Both the position numbers and the translations under genes were made by a program. The notes under the pieces are model-generated. The model was given only the letters and a program-made list of their open reading frames with translations, did not search any database and was not told the origin of the DNA. Below, in pieces: positions 8,475-17,704 of a DNA stretch of 64,000 bases. Source of the DNA: Chloroflexota bacterium (GTDB lineage: Bacteria; Chloroflexota; Anaerolineae; UBA1429); the NCBI GenBank assembly GCA_019873625.1, contig JAIOAW010000003.1:39675-103674 (forward strand), in the 5' to 3' direction. Position 1 is the first letter of the stretch, and every line of letters begins with the position of its first letter.

Positions 8475-9575
8475 CTACGGCGTGATGACGGCCTTCACAG
8501 ATTCTTGCCGTTCCGTGGCGATGAGCGCCTCGTTGACCTCATCGAGCGTAAAGCGCGGCCGCACGAGTTTGCTCAGGGCCTCGGGCGAGAGTTTGCGCAG
8601 GAGCGCCAACCCCCGCAGGAAGTGGCTGTTATCGGCCGACCAGGCGCCGGTGATGGTAACCTGCTTGCGGTTAATGAGATGCGGGTTCAAAGGCACCGTG
8701 CCGGCATCGCCATAATGCCCGGCGATGACGTAGCGCCCGTTGATGCGCACCATCTCCAGGCCCTCGGCCACCGCCGAGGGCACGCCGGTCGCCTCTAGCA
8801 CCACATCGGCCCCACGGCCGCCCGTCATTTCCAAGACCCGCGCGATGCGCTCGGGCGCCTTGGCCTGGAAGATGTCAATCACGGCATCAGCGCCCAGTTC
8901 GCGCACTAGGTCAAGCCGGGGGGCAGGGCCGCCCACCACGATGACTTGGCTGGCCCCCGCGTCTTTGGCGAGGAGCGCCCCCATCACGCCCACCGCACCC
9001 GACCCCTGTACGACGACGGCATCCCCATAATCCAGGCCGCCGATGCGGTCGAGCGCGTGCACCATCACGCGCAAGGCGTCTCCTAACACCACGGCCTCCG
9101 GCGCCACATCGTTCACCACCACAATGTCGCTCCCCGGCAGGAGCCAGACGTACTCGGCAAACCCGCCCACGAGGTAGGGGTGTTCCCAAGCGGGGATCCA
9201 ACCGCCATAGCCCAGGCGCCGTTCGCATTTGGAGGGGTCTTTGAGGATGGTGCAGTTGTAGCACTGCATACAGGATTTCGGCAGCCAAGTGATGAGGTCG
9301 CCCACCTGGATGGGTTTGCCCGTAATATCGCGCAGGGGCTTTTCGCCGCCGATCTCCTCGACGCGGGCCACGTTCTCATGCCCCAAAATGGCTGGCACTT
9401 GGATGGGCACCTGGCCGCGGAGGATGTGCACGTCGGTGCCGCACACGCCGGCCATCACCATACGGGCGAGGATGGCCCCTTCTGTAAGCGGGGGAATCTC
9501 GACTTCTTCGATTCGAAACGGCCGCTCTTGGGGCGGCCGAATTTCGCGCAGCATAGCCACTCGCGCTGTTCTCAT
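8475..9575 (-). CDS. Zinc-dependent alcohol/polyol dehydrogenase (medium-chain dehydrogenase family).
   Basis: The catalytic-zinc motif GHENVARVEEIG and the structural-zinc cysteines CMQCYNC are present. A Rossmann motif VVVQGSGAVGVMGALLAKDAGA is present. Confidence 0.85.
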   Translation of the reverse strand: MRTARVAMLREIRPPQERPFRIEEVEIPPLTEGAILARMVMAGVCGTDVHILRGQVPIQVPAILGHENVARVEEIGGEKPLRDITGKPIQVGDLITWLPKSCMQCYNCTILKDPSKCERRLGYGGWIPAWEHPYLVGGFAEYVWLLPGSDIVVVNDVAPEAVVLGDALRVMVHALDRIGGLDYGDAVVVQGSGAVGVMGALLAKDAGASQVIVVGGPAPRLDLVRELGADAVIDIFQAKAPERIARVLEMTGGRGADVVLEATGVPSAVAEGLEMVRINGRYVIAGHYGDAGTVPLNPHLINRKQVTITGAWSADNSHFLRGLALLRKLSPEALSKLVRPRFTLDEVNEALIATERQESVKAVITP

Positions 9576-9618
9576 CGTATCATCCTTTTCGACAGGTTTG
9601 GAGGGTTCGGCGGCGCTC

Positions 9619-10029
9619 CTAGGGCATCACGCCGAAACGATCCCAATCGGTCAAATCGGCCTCGGGCGCGGTAAGGAGCCACACCTGGCAAAAAGAGAGG
9701 ACCCGACAGCCCTCTTCTAGGTGGCCGCCCATCGTCAGGTTGAGGCCCGAAAAACTGATGTGCGCATGGACGCGCCCATTCATAATGACGCCGTTCATCG
9801 AGAGGATGTCAAGCGGCTCCTCGCCCTTCAGAAAGGCGTCTTTGGGGGGCAGGTTGGGCGTCTCGACCACGTGAACGTGGTAATGCGTGACGGACCCTAT
9901 GGCCCCTAGGATGAGGGCGTGCTTGATTTGATGCTGGGCCACGGCCTCGCGGATGGCGAGGAGGATATCCTCGCCGGAGTTGATGCGGATGACGATAATC
10001 TCGCCCACTCGACTGCGTTGGGTTTTCAT
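9619..10029 (-). CDS. PPC (DUF296) domain protein.
   Basis: 136 aa. The pattern GEDILLAIREAV...HALILGAIGSVTHYHVHV...LSMNGVIMNG...AHISFS is typical of PPC/DUF296. Confidence 0.5.
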   Translation of the reverse strand: MKTQRSRVGEIIVIRINSGEDILLAIREAVAQHQIKHALILGAIGSVTHYHVHVVETPNLPPKDAFLKGEEPLDILSMNGVIMNGRVHAHISFSGLNLTMGGHLEEGCRVLSFCQVWLLTAPEADLTDWDRFGVMP

Positions 10030-10054
10030 AGTTCGGCCTTTCTTGGGGGGATAA

Positions 10055-10954
10055 TCAACCCTGGGCCTTTAGGTCCACGCCGGTGGCCTCGGTGTAAAGT
10101 TCGCAGATGCCGATGGAATCCAGGTCTCCCTTGCCCAAGCCCAGGGCTTGGGTGTACAGTTGGTAAATAAGCGCCGTAACGAACACGGGCACCCCTTGTG
10201 CTTTGGCGAAATCCACGGCCAGGCCCACGTCTTTATGCATAAGCGACAGTTTGAAGCCGGGCTTGAGATCCCCCTTCAAAATGCTCGCGGCCACCTTTTC
10301 TTCCAGAATCCAACTGCGCGCCGTGGCGCCGGAAAGGATCCTGTGCACGAGGCCCGTATCAATCCCCGCCTTTTTGGCGATGGTGAGTGCCTCGGCGATG
10401 GCCACGGCCTCTGCCGCCACGATGAGGTTATTCCCCAGTTTGACGACGAGTGCCGACCCGTTCGGCCCAACGTAGGTGATGCTCTTGCCCACGGCCTCGA
10501 GCACGGGTTTGACCTTGTGGAAGGCTTCCTCTGGCCCGCCCACCATAATGGCCAGCGTGCCGGCGATAGCGCCCGTCTGCCCGCCGCTCAGGGGGGCATC
10601 GAGGAGGGTCATCCCCTTTTGGGCGGCGGCCTTGGCTAGGCGCTGTGAGGTGAGGGGGGAGATGGTGCTCGTATCTACGATGATGAGGCCCTCGCGCCCA
10701 CCCGCTAGCACGCCGTCTGGCCCCAAGACGATCTCTTCGACCACGGCGTCATTGGGCAGGCAGAGCATCACCACTTCCGTTTGGGCGGCGACTTCGGCGG
10801 GCGTATTCACCTTTTGAGCGCCGGCCGCGATGAGGCGCTCCACGGGGGCCGGGTTGCGGTGCCCCATAATGACGACCTCGAACCCCGCCTTGAGCAAATT
10901 GGCGGCCATCGGCTCGCCCATCGTGCCGACTCCGATGAACCCTATACGCTTCAT
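10055..10954 (-). CDS. NAD(P)-dependent 3-hydroxyisobutyrate / tartronate-semialdehyde-reductase-like oxidoreductase.
   Basis: The N-terminal Rossmann motif is MKRIGFIGVGTMGEPMAANL. Length is 299 aa, typical of beta-hydroxyacid dehydrogenases. The ribosome-binding site is AAGGAGGG. Confidence 0.8.
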   Translation of the reverse strand: MKRIGFIGVGTMGEPMAANLLKAGFEVVIMGHRNPAPVERLIAAGAQKVNTPAEVAAQTEVVMLCLPNDAVVEEIVLGPDGVLAGGREGLIIVDTSTISPLTSQRLAKAAAQKGMTLLDAPLSGGQTGAIAGTLAIMVGGPEEAFHKVKPVLEAVGKSITYVGPNGSALVVKLGNNLIVAAEAVAIAEALTIAKKAGIDTGLVHRILSGATARSWILEEKVAASILKGDLKPGFKLSLMHKDVGLAVDFAKAQGVPVFVTALIYQLYTQALGLGKGDLDSIGICELYTEATGVDLKAQG

Positions 10955-10975
10955 ATGGATTCCCTCCTTTTTCTT

Positions 10976-12058
10976 TTATGGTGCCATCGTGGCCGGGGGC
11001 GCCACCCCAAGGCCCTCGCCGATGCGGCAGATTTCCTGATAGACGGGGGCCTCAAAGGGGATGCCCTCCACCTCATAGCGCGCCTGGCAGCGCCGCTCCA
11101 GTTCGCCGGGCATCAAGATTTCTTCCACGCCGGCCTGCCGGGGGATGGCCTTGATTTCGGCCACCAGGGTATCCATCCGCTCCAAGAAGGCCTCTTTCGG
11201 CCCGAAGGCAGAGACGTCAAGCGCGCCGAACGAATGGCCCACGTTCTGCCCCCGGTGAAAGTCTCCGTACAGAGCGCCCAGGTGCGGGCCGAAATCGGCG
11301 CCCGAAAGGAGGGCGCTCAGAATCTCCACCATCAATGCGAGGCCGTACCCCTTGTGCCCGCCCACGGGGAGCATCATCCCGCTCAGGGCGGCTTGCACAT
11401 CGGTGGTGGGGTTGCCGTCGGCGTCGAGCGCCCAGCCAGGGGGGATGGTCTTACGGCCTTCTTTGGCCATCAGGAGGATCTTGCCCTTGGCGACGACGCT
11501 GGTGGCCATATCGAGCAAGATCGGCCCATAGGAGCCGCTTGGCACGGCCAGGGCGAGGGGATTCGTGCCCAGGTACGGTTTGCGCCCGCCCCAAGGGGGC
11601 ATATTCGGCGGGGCGTTCGTGGTGGTGAAGCCGATCATCCCGGCCTCCACCGCCTGATGCAGGAAGAAGGCCGCCGCGCCATAGTGGCTGCTATGACGCA
11701 CGGCCACGAAACTCACGCCGTGCTCCTCGGCCAGGCGAACGGCCACGCCCATAGCGTAATGCCCCACCACTTGGCCGGGGCCGTTGTCGCCATCCACCAA
11801 GGCCGTGCCGCCGCGTTGGGCTGCGATGTGCACGTTCGGGCAGGGGTTCATCGCCCCGCTCTGCAAGCGCTTGACATAAATATCAAGCAAGCGCGAGACG
11901 CCGTGGCTCCCCTGGCCGCGCAGTTCCGCCTGCACCAAGGAATCGGCCATAATGGCGGCGTGTTCCGCGCTCACGCCCAGGGCCTGGAACACCTCGCGCG
12001 TGAAACGGCGCAAATCCTCCGCCAAGAGGCGATACTCTTCGGAAGAGGGCGCTGTCAT
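10976..12058 (-). CDS. Ldh2-family malate / L-lactate / sulfolactate-type dehydrogenase.
   Basis: The segment AELRGQGSHGVSRL and the Ldh_2 fold pattern are present. The likely start is the ATG at 12058 preceded by AAAGGAG. The earlier GTG start would overlap the upstream gene. Confidence 0.75.
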   Translation of the reverse strand: MTAPSSEEYRLLAEDLRRFTREVFQALGVSAEHAAIMADSLVQAELRGQGSHGVSRLLDIYVKRLQSGAMNPCPNVHIAAQRGGTALVDGDNGPGQVVGHYAMGVAVRLAEEHGVSFVAVRHSSHYGAAAFFLHQAVEAGMIGFTTTNAPPNMPPWGGRKPYLGTNPLALAVPSGSYGPILLDMATSVVAKGKILLMAKEGRKTIPPGWALDADGNPTTDVQAALSGMMLPVGGHKGYGLALMVEILSALLSGADFGPHLGALYGDFHRGQNVGHSFGALDVSAFGPKEAFLERMDTLVAEIKAIPRQAGVEEILMPGELERRCQARYEVEGIPFEAPVYQEICRIGEGLGVAPPATMAP

Positions 12059-12059
12059 A

Positions 12060-12800
12060 TCACTCCTTTTCACCGAGGGATGGGTCTTTTTCTAGCGGTT
12101 TGACCGTCTCATCTTCGGGGAGGCCGGCCTTTTTGTACAAGGCCCGCCGAGCGGCTCGATCCCCTTCCGCGACGACGCGCGCCCATTGGGCCACCTCCTC
12201 GGCGATTTCGATGGGCACCACGACGACGCCGTCGCCATCGGCCACTACGACGTCGCCGGGGCGCACCTGAACTCCCCCGCAGGTGATGGTGCGCTGCTCG
12301 CTTTCCCATTCCAAGCGGAAGGGGCGAATCGTCTTTTCGATGTGGTGGCTATACACGGGCACGCGCTGGCGAATGAGTTCGTCCGTATCGCGGCAGCCGC
12401 CGTTTGTTACAATGCCCACGGCCCCGCTCAGAATCCACGAAAAACCGTTGTTCGAGCCGATGTACCCGACGTGCACATCCGTCCCATCAATGACGATGAC
12501 GTCTCCCTCCTCGATGGGCATTTTGGGGCCGGGCGCGAGTTCGCGGTACCAGCGAGAGATTGCCTCGCGGTTTTCTTCAGGGGTGCCGTTGAGGATGGGT
12601 TTATTCGTGGGCACAAAGCGCACGGTGTGAGCAAACCCCACAAAACAGTGGGCAAAGGTCTCGACATCCCGCCACAAGGGGCGAATGTTATAATCCATAT
12701 TCCCGCGATCTTGCCGCCCGAGGATGTCCATCGCATCCGAGACGTCCGTCACGCGCAGGCCCCGGTAAAGGGCCATCAGCCGTTTTCTCGTTTCGTCCAT
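12060..12800 (-). CDS. RraA-family protein (aldolase / decarboxylase-like), paralog 1.
   Basis: The RraA/HMG-CHA-aldolase fold pattern is GDVIVIDG...GYIGSNNGF...GAVGIVTNGGCRDTDEL. It is a paralog of the gene at 23954-24676. Confidence 0.7.
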   Translation of the reverse strand: MDETRKRLMALYRGLRVTDVSDAMDILGRQDRGNMDYNIRPLWRDVETFAHCFVGFAHTVRFVPTNKPILNGTPEENREAISRWYRELAPGPKMPIEEGDVIVIDGTDVHVGYIGSNNGFSWILSGAVGIVTNGGCRDTDELIRQRVPVYSHHIEKTIRPFRLEWESEQRTITCGGVQVRPGDVVVADGDGVVVVPIEIAEEVAQWARVVAEGDRAARRALYKKAGLPEDETVKPLEKDPSLGEKE

Positions 12801-12812
12801 AAGCGGCCTCCA

Positions 12813-13481
12813 TTAGAGCGTGATGCCGCTATCGGTGAGCGCCTTGCGAAAGCCCAAGATGTCGAGCGTCAACTCGCCTCGCTCAAGGCGCTGCATCACC
12901 ACGGCCTCGTTGGCCTCTCGGGCACGGGCCTTTTCCAGCACCTGGGCGAGTTTCGCTTGGGGCACCACCACGACGCCGTCGTCATCCCCCAAGATGAGGT
13001 CGCCCGGATGCACCGTGACGCCCCCCACCACCACGGGGTGGTTGATCCAGCCCAAGGTCTTTTTCACCGTGGCGCGCATACAGATGGCCGACGACCAGAT
13101 GGGGAACCCCCGCTTGACGATGACCTCTCGATCTCGGATGCCCCCGGCGATGACCAGGCCCGCCACGCCGCGCGCTATGGCCGCCACTGTGGTGATCTCG
13201 CCCCAATAGCCGGCATCCTTCAGGTCGCCGACATCGGCCACGATGACATCGCCCGGCTGGGCAAGGGCGATGGCCGTGTGGAGCATGAGGTTATCGGCTG
13301 GGAAGCAGCGCACGGTAATCGCCGTGCCGCAGACGTGCTGGCCCCAGGCGATGGGCCGGATGGTGTGATCCATCGCGCCGGATTGGTCGTTCGCCTCGTA
13401 CACGGTGGCCGCCCCTAGGGCGGCGTAGGCCTCTACGATTTCTCGGGGGATGCGGGGAACGTCTCGGATGATGCGATCCAT
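12813..13481 (-). CDS. RraA-family protein, paralog 2.
   Basis: The pattern is GDVIVADVG...GYWGEITT...GVAGLVIAGGIRDREVI. The ribosome-binding site is AGGAGAG. Confidence 0.7.
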   Translation of the reverse strand: MDRIIRDVPRIPREIVEAYAALGAATVYEANDQSGAMDHTIRPIAWGQHVCGTAITVRCFPADNLMLHTAIALAQPGDVIVADVGDLKDAGYWGEITTVAAIARGVAGLVIAGGIRDREVIVKRGFPIWSSAICMRATVKKTLGWINHPVVVGGVTVHPGDLILGDDDGVVVVPQAKLAQVLEKARAREANEAVVMQRLERGELTLDILGFRKALTDSGITL

Positions 13482-13490
13482 AATTCTCTC

Positions 13491-14501
13491 CTAATAGCGT
13501 TTGATGTTCGCGACCTGATCCATCAGGTCGCGGCGGTTCGCCCGAAAGGCCTCCAGGTTGCCCAGGAGGCAATCCATCACGGCCGTTTGGTAATCCGGCC
13601 GGCCGCCCGAACAGTGCGGCGTGATGAGGACGTTGGGGAGGTCCCACAAAGGGCTATCGGCGGCGAGGGGTTCCACCTCGAAGGTATCGAGGGCAGCGCC
13701 CGCGATGCGACCCGCCTGCAAGGCCCGGATGAGGTCGCGCTCGACGATCAGCCCGCCGCGCGAGGGGTTGATGATAAAGGCGGTGGGCTTCATCCGCGCC
13801 AGGCGTTCGGCGTGGATCATCCCGCGTGTGGCCTCCACGAGGGCCGTGGTGCAGATCACGTAATCGGCGCGCGGCAAGAGGGCGTCGAGATGCTGGAGGG
13901 TGTACGTCTCGTCGAAATACTCGACGGGGCGGCCGTCGCTATTGACCCCGAGGGTGCGCATATGAAAGGCCAGTTTGAGTTTGCGGCCCGTCTCGGCGCC
14001 CACGTGCCCCGTGCCGATGATGAGCGCCGTTTTGCCCTCCAAGAGGATGTTGGAAAGGCGCTCTTCATCGTGGTAGATGTGCGCCTTTTGCCGTTCGGCA
14101 TAGCGCTTCAAATTCTTCGAGAGCGCCAACATCGCCGCTAGGATCCATTCCGAGATGGGCACGGCGTGGATTTTGGCCGTGGTTACGACGATTTGCCGGG
14201 ATTCGAGGAGATCCCAAGGCGTCCAGAATTCGCCCGAATTCACGCCCGCGCCGGGGTGGTGCACCCATCGCAGGTTGGGCAGGGCCTCGAGAAGGCGCGC
14301 TGTCACGTGAAACGAAGGCGTTACCAGGATGCGCACCTCGGTGCGCAAGGCCTCGGGCAGGGCATAGACGTTCGCGTGAAAGAGATCGGACGGCGCCGTG
14401 TGGGGGTCTCCGCCTGGCTCGACGTAGGTGTACGTGCAGCCGGCCGCCTCCAAACGGGCGATATCTTCTGGCCCGAACCGTTGGGTTGAGAGGACGCGCA
14501 T
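13491..14501 (-). CDS. D-isomer-specific 2-hydroxyacid dehydrogenase.
   Basis: The NAD-binding motif GKTALIIGTGHVGAE is present. Catalytic residues R..E..H are in the segment PHCSGGRP. The start is ATG (MRVLST) preceded by AAGGAG. Confidence 0.8.
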   Translation of the reverse strand: MRVLSTQRFGPEDIARLEAAGCTYTYVEPGGDPHTAPSDLFHANVYALPEALRTEVRILVTPSFHVTARLLEALPNLRWVHHPGAGVNSGEFWTPWDLLESRQIVVTTAKIHAVPISEWILAAMLALSKNLKRYAERQKAHIYHDEERLSNILLEGKTALIIGTGHVGAETGRKLKLAFHMRTLGVNSDGRPVEYFDETYTLQHLDALLPRADYVICTTALVEATRGMIHAERLARMKPTAFIINPSRGGLIVERDLIRALQAGRIAGAALDTFEVEPLAADSPLWDLPNVLITPHCSGGRPDYQTAVMDCLLGNLEAFRANRRDLMDQVANIKRY

Positions 14502-14526
14502 CGGGATTCGCTCCTTCGGTCGAAAA

Positions 14527-17043
14527 TCATTCCTCCAAGGCGAGGGAAAGGCGTTCCCCGTCAAGGGTCGAGATGGTCAACTGCCCGCCGCTGGGTTCCC
14601 CCTCCAGCGCGGATATCCATACCTCTTTGGGGGCAAGGAGCGTCAGGGTAAAGTCATTATCGCCATAGAGGAGGCGGCGGTCGGATTCGATTTCGACGAG
14701 CATCGTCGGCGCAGAGGCTTTGAGGGTCAACCGCCAGGCGCTCGGGCCGGCCGGTTCGAGGGCGGCCTGGAGGCCGGCCTTTTCTTCGCGGAACTCGGCC
14801 AAAGGGCAAAAGAGGAGGCGATCCTCGGCGAGCACCTTCCCCTCGACCACGAATTGGGCATAGGCGAACTCGCGTGTGCGATCTATGACGCGCGGATAAA
14901 AGTCGGCCACGTCGAACAGGCGTACGCTCTCGCCCCGTTCCAGGGTGGCCGGGATCTCCCAATAGCGGCGCACCTGACCCTGGGCATCCAGGTGCCATAG
15001 GCGCAGCGTGCCCTGGAGCGGACGGGCACCGGCATTGGCGCCGACCACCCGCAGGGCCTCAATATCTCGATAGAGGTGGATGGCCGCATCGGCAAAGAGG
15101 CGCCGCAGGGCGTAATAGGCCATCAGCGGCCGCTGGCCGTAGTCAATGCAGCCGAACCCAAAGAGCGGCCCGCCCTTGTTCAGCGGCCAATAGAGGATGC
15201 CCTTGCAGGAAGGGCTGCGAAATCGCAAATACGCAAGGGCTTGATAATCCGCCTCGAGTTGCTCGATTTCGAGGGCGCGCAGATAACCGCGCAGGCTGGA
15301 AACATCATAATAATGTGTGAAAGGGAACTTGGTAAAGAGCGAAAGGCCGGTGCGCTCCTTCCAACGGTGGTGCCAGCCCTTTGAGGCAAAGGCCTCCACG
15401 TCGAGGGCCATAGATTCTCGCAGCGTCTCCGGGCGCGAGTAACTATCGTAAATCCAGCACGTCTCGGTGACAAAGAGGGGGTCTTTTGTGGCGTTGTAAT
15501 AGTTGCCCCAGGTATGGGTATCCCCTACCGTGGGAGATTGCCCGCCGATGCCCCCGTGCGGCGAGTTGGGGATGTAGGGGATGTGAGGGGCCTCCTCCTG
15601 GCAAACGCGCGGCAGGAGATTATGGATAAGCCGTTCGCCATAAAAGCGATCCATTTCGGCCTTCCAGTTCCACTCATCCCAACCCTGTTGCTGTTCGTTC
15701 CCGCCGCAGAGGAGGCTCAAACAGGCGTGGCGGCGCATCTTGCGGATGAGGTCGCGCGCCTCGGCCTCCGCCTCGGCCATAAAGAGGGGGTCATCATCGG
15801 GGTAGGTGCCGCTATGGTACAAGAAATCTTGCCAGACCATCACCCCCGCCTCATCGCAGAGGTCGAGAAACTCCTCGTCTTCCGGCACGCCGCCGCCCCA
15901 AAGGCGGATCATATTCATATGCGCGAGGAGCGCTAGGCGCACGATGCGGCGGTATGCCTCGGAGGTGCCCCGTCCCTTGATGGCATCGAGGGGCATCAGG
16001 TTGCCGCCGCGCGCATAAACCTCTTGGCCGTTCACGCGGAATTGAAAGATGGGCCGCCCATTGGGGAGGGATGTAACGAGTTCCACCGTCTTGATGCCGA
16101 TGCGCCGCTCCAGGGTGTGGATAACCCCCTCCCTCGACGAGAGGGTTGCGCGAAGGCGGTACAAATGGGGTTCGCCGTAGCCGGCGGGCCACCACAACCG
16201 CGCCTGGGGGAGGGTGAGCGTGGCCTCAAGGCGCTCCCTCGCTACGGGGAGGCACATTTCGGCTGCCGGTTCCTCTCGGCCAGCCTCGTACAGGGCGACT
16301 GAGCAGGTGAGGGGGGCTGGCTTGCCTTTGGCCCCTTGGACCTCAAGGCCCAGCCGCACGGTCGCACGGCCATCCTCGTGAAGGGCCTCGGTGATGGCAT
16401 AGGCATCGGTGATATAGGCCAATGGGTAAAAGCACAGCCGCACCGGGCCGGGGATGCCGATGCCGATGACGTTCTCGCCGAGGTTCAAGAGGCTTGTATT
16501 GTAACTGCGCTGGTAGCGGCGGATGAGGGCGCGTTCCTGATGCGCCGTGGGGTTGCTGGAGACCGCGATGCGCTCAACATCCGGGTACTGTTGCGAGACG
16601 ATGCGGCGGTGCGCTTTGACCTGCACCAAAAGGGTATTTTCGCCGGGGCGCAACGGCCCTTGCCCGAGCGGAAAGGCATAGGGGCGGAACATATTGCCCG
16701 CCCTGCCAACCAAGGCGCCATTCAGCCACACCTGGGCAAAAGTATCTATGCTCTCGAACTCGAGTGCGGCCTGCGGCAGCCCCGCAGGCGGCGCCTCACA
16801 GGTGAAGCGGCAACGATAGAGCCAATCGCCCTGGGGCACCCAGGCCGCCTTGGCCGCCGCCTCCCGGCTGGCCAAGGGGTTCTCTAGCCTCCCGGCCGCC
16901 ATCAGATCGTACTGCACGGCCCCCGGCACCGAGGCCGGGATCCAATCCAGGCCGTCGAGCGCCGGAGGCTCTGCGCCATCATAGGGGGGCAGGGCAGCGA
17001 CTTCCCAGCCCCTTGCGAGAGGGAAGCAATATTCTTGGGGCAT
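14527..17043 (-). CDS. Glycoside hydrolase family 2, beta-mannosidase-like.
   Basis: The GH2 catalytic TIM-barrel segment is NMIRLWGGGVPEDEEFLDLCDEAGVMVWQDF. Length is about 838 aa. The ribosome-binding site GAGGTG precedes the ATG at 17043. Confidence 0.7.
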   Translation of the reverse strand: MPQEYCFPLARGWEVAALPPYDGAEPPALDGLDWIPASVPGAVQYDLMAAGRLENPLASREAAAKAAWVPQGDWLYRCRFTCEAPPAGLPQAALEFESIDTFAQVWLNGALVGRAGNMFRPYAFPLGQGPLRPGENTLLVQVKAHRRIVSQQYPDVERIAVSSNPTAHQERALIRRYQRSYNTSLLNLGENVIGIGIPGPVRLCFYPLAYITDAYAITEALHEDGRATVRLGLEVQGAKGKPAPLTCSVALYEAGREEPAAEMCLPVARERLEATLTLPQARLWWPAGYGEPHLYRLRATLSSREGVIHTLERRIGIKTVELVTSLPNGRPIFQFRVNGQEVYARGGNLMPLDAIKGRGTSEAYRRIVRLALLAHMNMIRLWGGGVPEDEEFLDLCDEAGVMVWQDFLYHSGTYPDDDPLFMAEAEAEARDLIRKMRRHACLSLLCGGNEQQQGWDEWNWKAEMDRFYGERLIHNLLPRVCQEEAPHIPYIPNSPHGGIGGQSPTVGDTHTWGNYYNATKDPLFVTETCWIYDSYSRPETLRESMALDVEAFASKGWHHRWKERTGLSLFTKFPFTHYYDVSSLRGYLRALEIEQLEADYQALAYLRFRSPSCKGILYWPLNKGGPLFGFGCIDYGQRPLMAYYALRRLFADAAIHLYRDIEALRVVGANAGARPLQGTLRLWHLDAQGQVRRYWEIPATLERGESVRLFDVADFYPRVIDRTREFAYAQFVVEGKVLAEDRLLFCPLAEFREEKAGLQAALEPAGPSAWRLTLKASAPTMLVEIESDRRLLYGDNDFTLTLLAPKEVWISALEGEPSGGQLTISTLDGERLSLALEE

Positions 17044-17127
17044 AACACCTCGTGCCAAAAGGACGGTATCTGGCCAGCCCTAAGGCGCCTCCAGGGCCTT
17101 TTTTTATGAACTCGCCGGCCCGCAGGT

Positions 17128-17574
17128 TCACTGCTGGATGGGCACGGCCCCCGCTTTTTTGTAATCGAACCCCTCGGGCCACTTGGTGGTGGCGGGGCGG
17201 TAGCGCGTGCCGAGCAGGTTTGCGCCCTCCAAGTTGGCGCCTGTAAGGTCGGCCTTATCGAGGTTGGCAAAGCGCATATCGGCCCCTCGGAGGTCGGCGT
17301 TCGTCAGGTTCGCGCCGGTCATATCGGCGTAGCACAAGATGGCGCCCTGAAGGTTCGTGTTTGTAAAGTTGACCCCCCTTAGGAAGGCGCGGGTCAGGTC
17401 GGCCTTGCTGAAATCGGCGTTGCTCAAGTCGAGGTTGTTCAGTTTGTACTGGTAAAGATACAAGCCCGAGCACTTGGGCGGGCACCCCTCCGGCAGTTTC
17501 TGCGTACCACAGCCCACCAGCGCGATGGTGAAGAGGAGAACTCCCACAAGGATAAGGATGCTCTTGCGCGTCAT
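17128..17574 (-). CDS. Pentapeptide-repeat lipoprotein.
   Basis: A signal peptide with lipobox LVGC is followed by about 16 tandem A(D/N)LxG pentapeptide repeats (NLDLSNADFSKADLTRAFLRGVNFTNTNLQGA...). Confidence 0.8.
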   Translation of the reverse strand: MTRKSILILVGVLLFTIALVGCGTQKLPEGCPPKCSGLYLYQYKLNNLDLSNADFSKADLTRAFLRGVNFTNTNLQGAILCYADMTGANLTNADLRGADMRFANLDKADLTGANLEGANLLGTRYRPATTKWPEGFDYKKAGAVPIQQ

Positions 17575-17704
17575 AGCTCACCTCCCTGGCTGCATCAACC
17601 CGTGCTCTGCGATGAATATCTCAAGCGCCGGTTCTATCCTATGGCAGACCTCCCGAGGCGTCAACTCGCCTTATGCCTCGCGCGCGGAAGGCGCACTTCA
17701 AGGC

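Noticed and set aside
17080-17110. A GC-rich segment followed by a T7 run (gggcctttttttatg) between the family-2 glycoside hydrolase and the pentapeptide gene, considered as a terminator.
   Set aside because: The U-tract is on the plus strand but both flanking genes are on the minus strand. The upstream stem is poorly paired. It was left unannotated.
17059-17130. The pentapeptide-repeat gene ends in TGA and is in the same frame as the downstream family-2 glycoside hydrolase gene, making it a possible selenoprotein read-through.
   Set aside because: Translating the 69-nt spacer in that frame hits a TAA after 7 codons, so there is no continuous frame.
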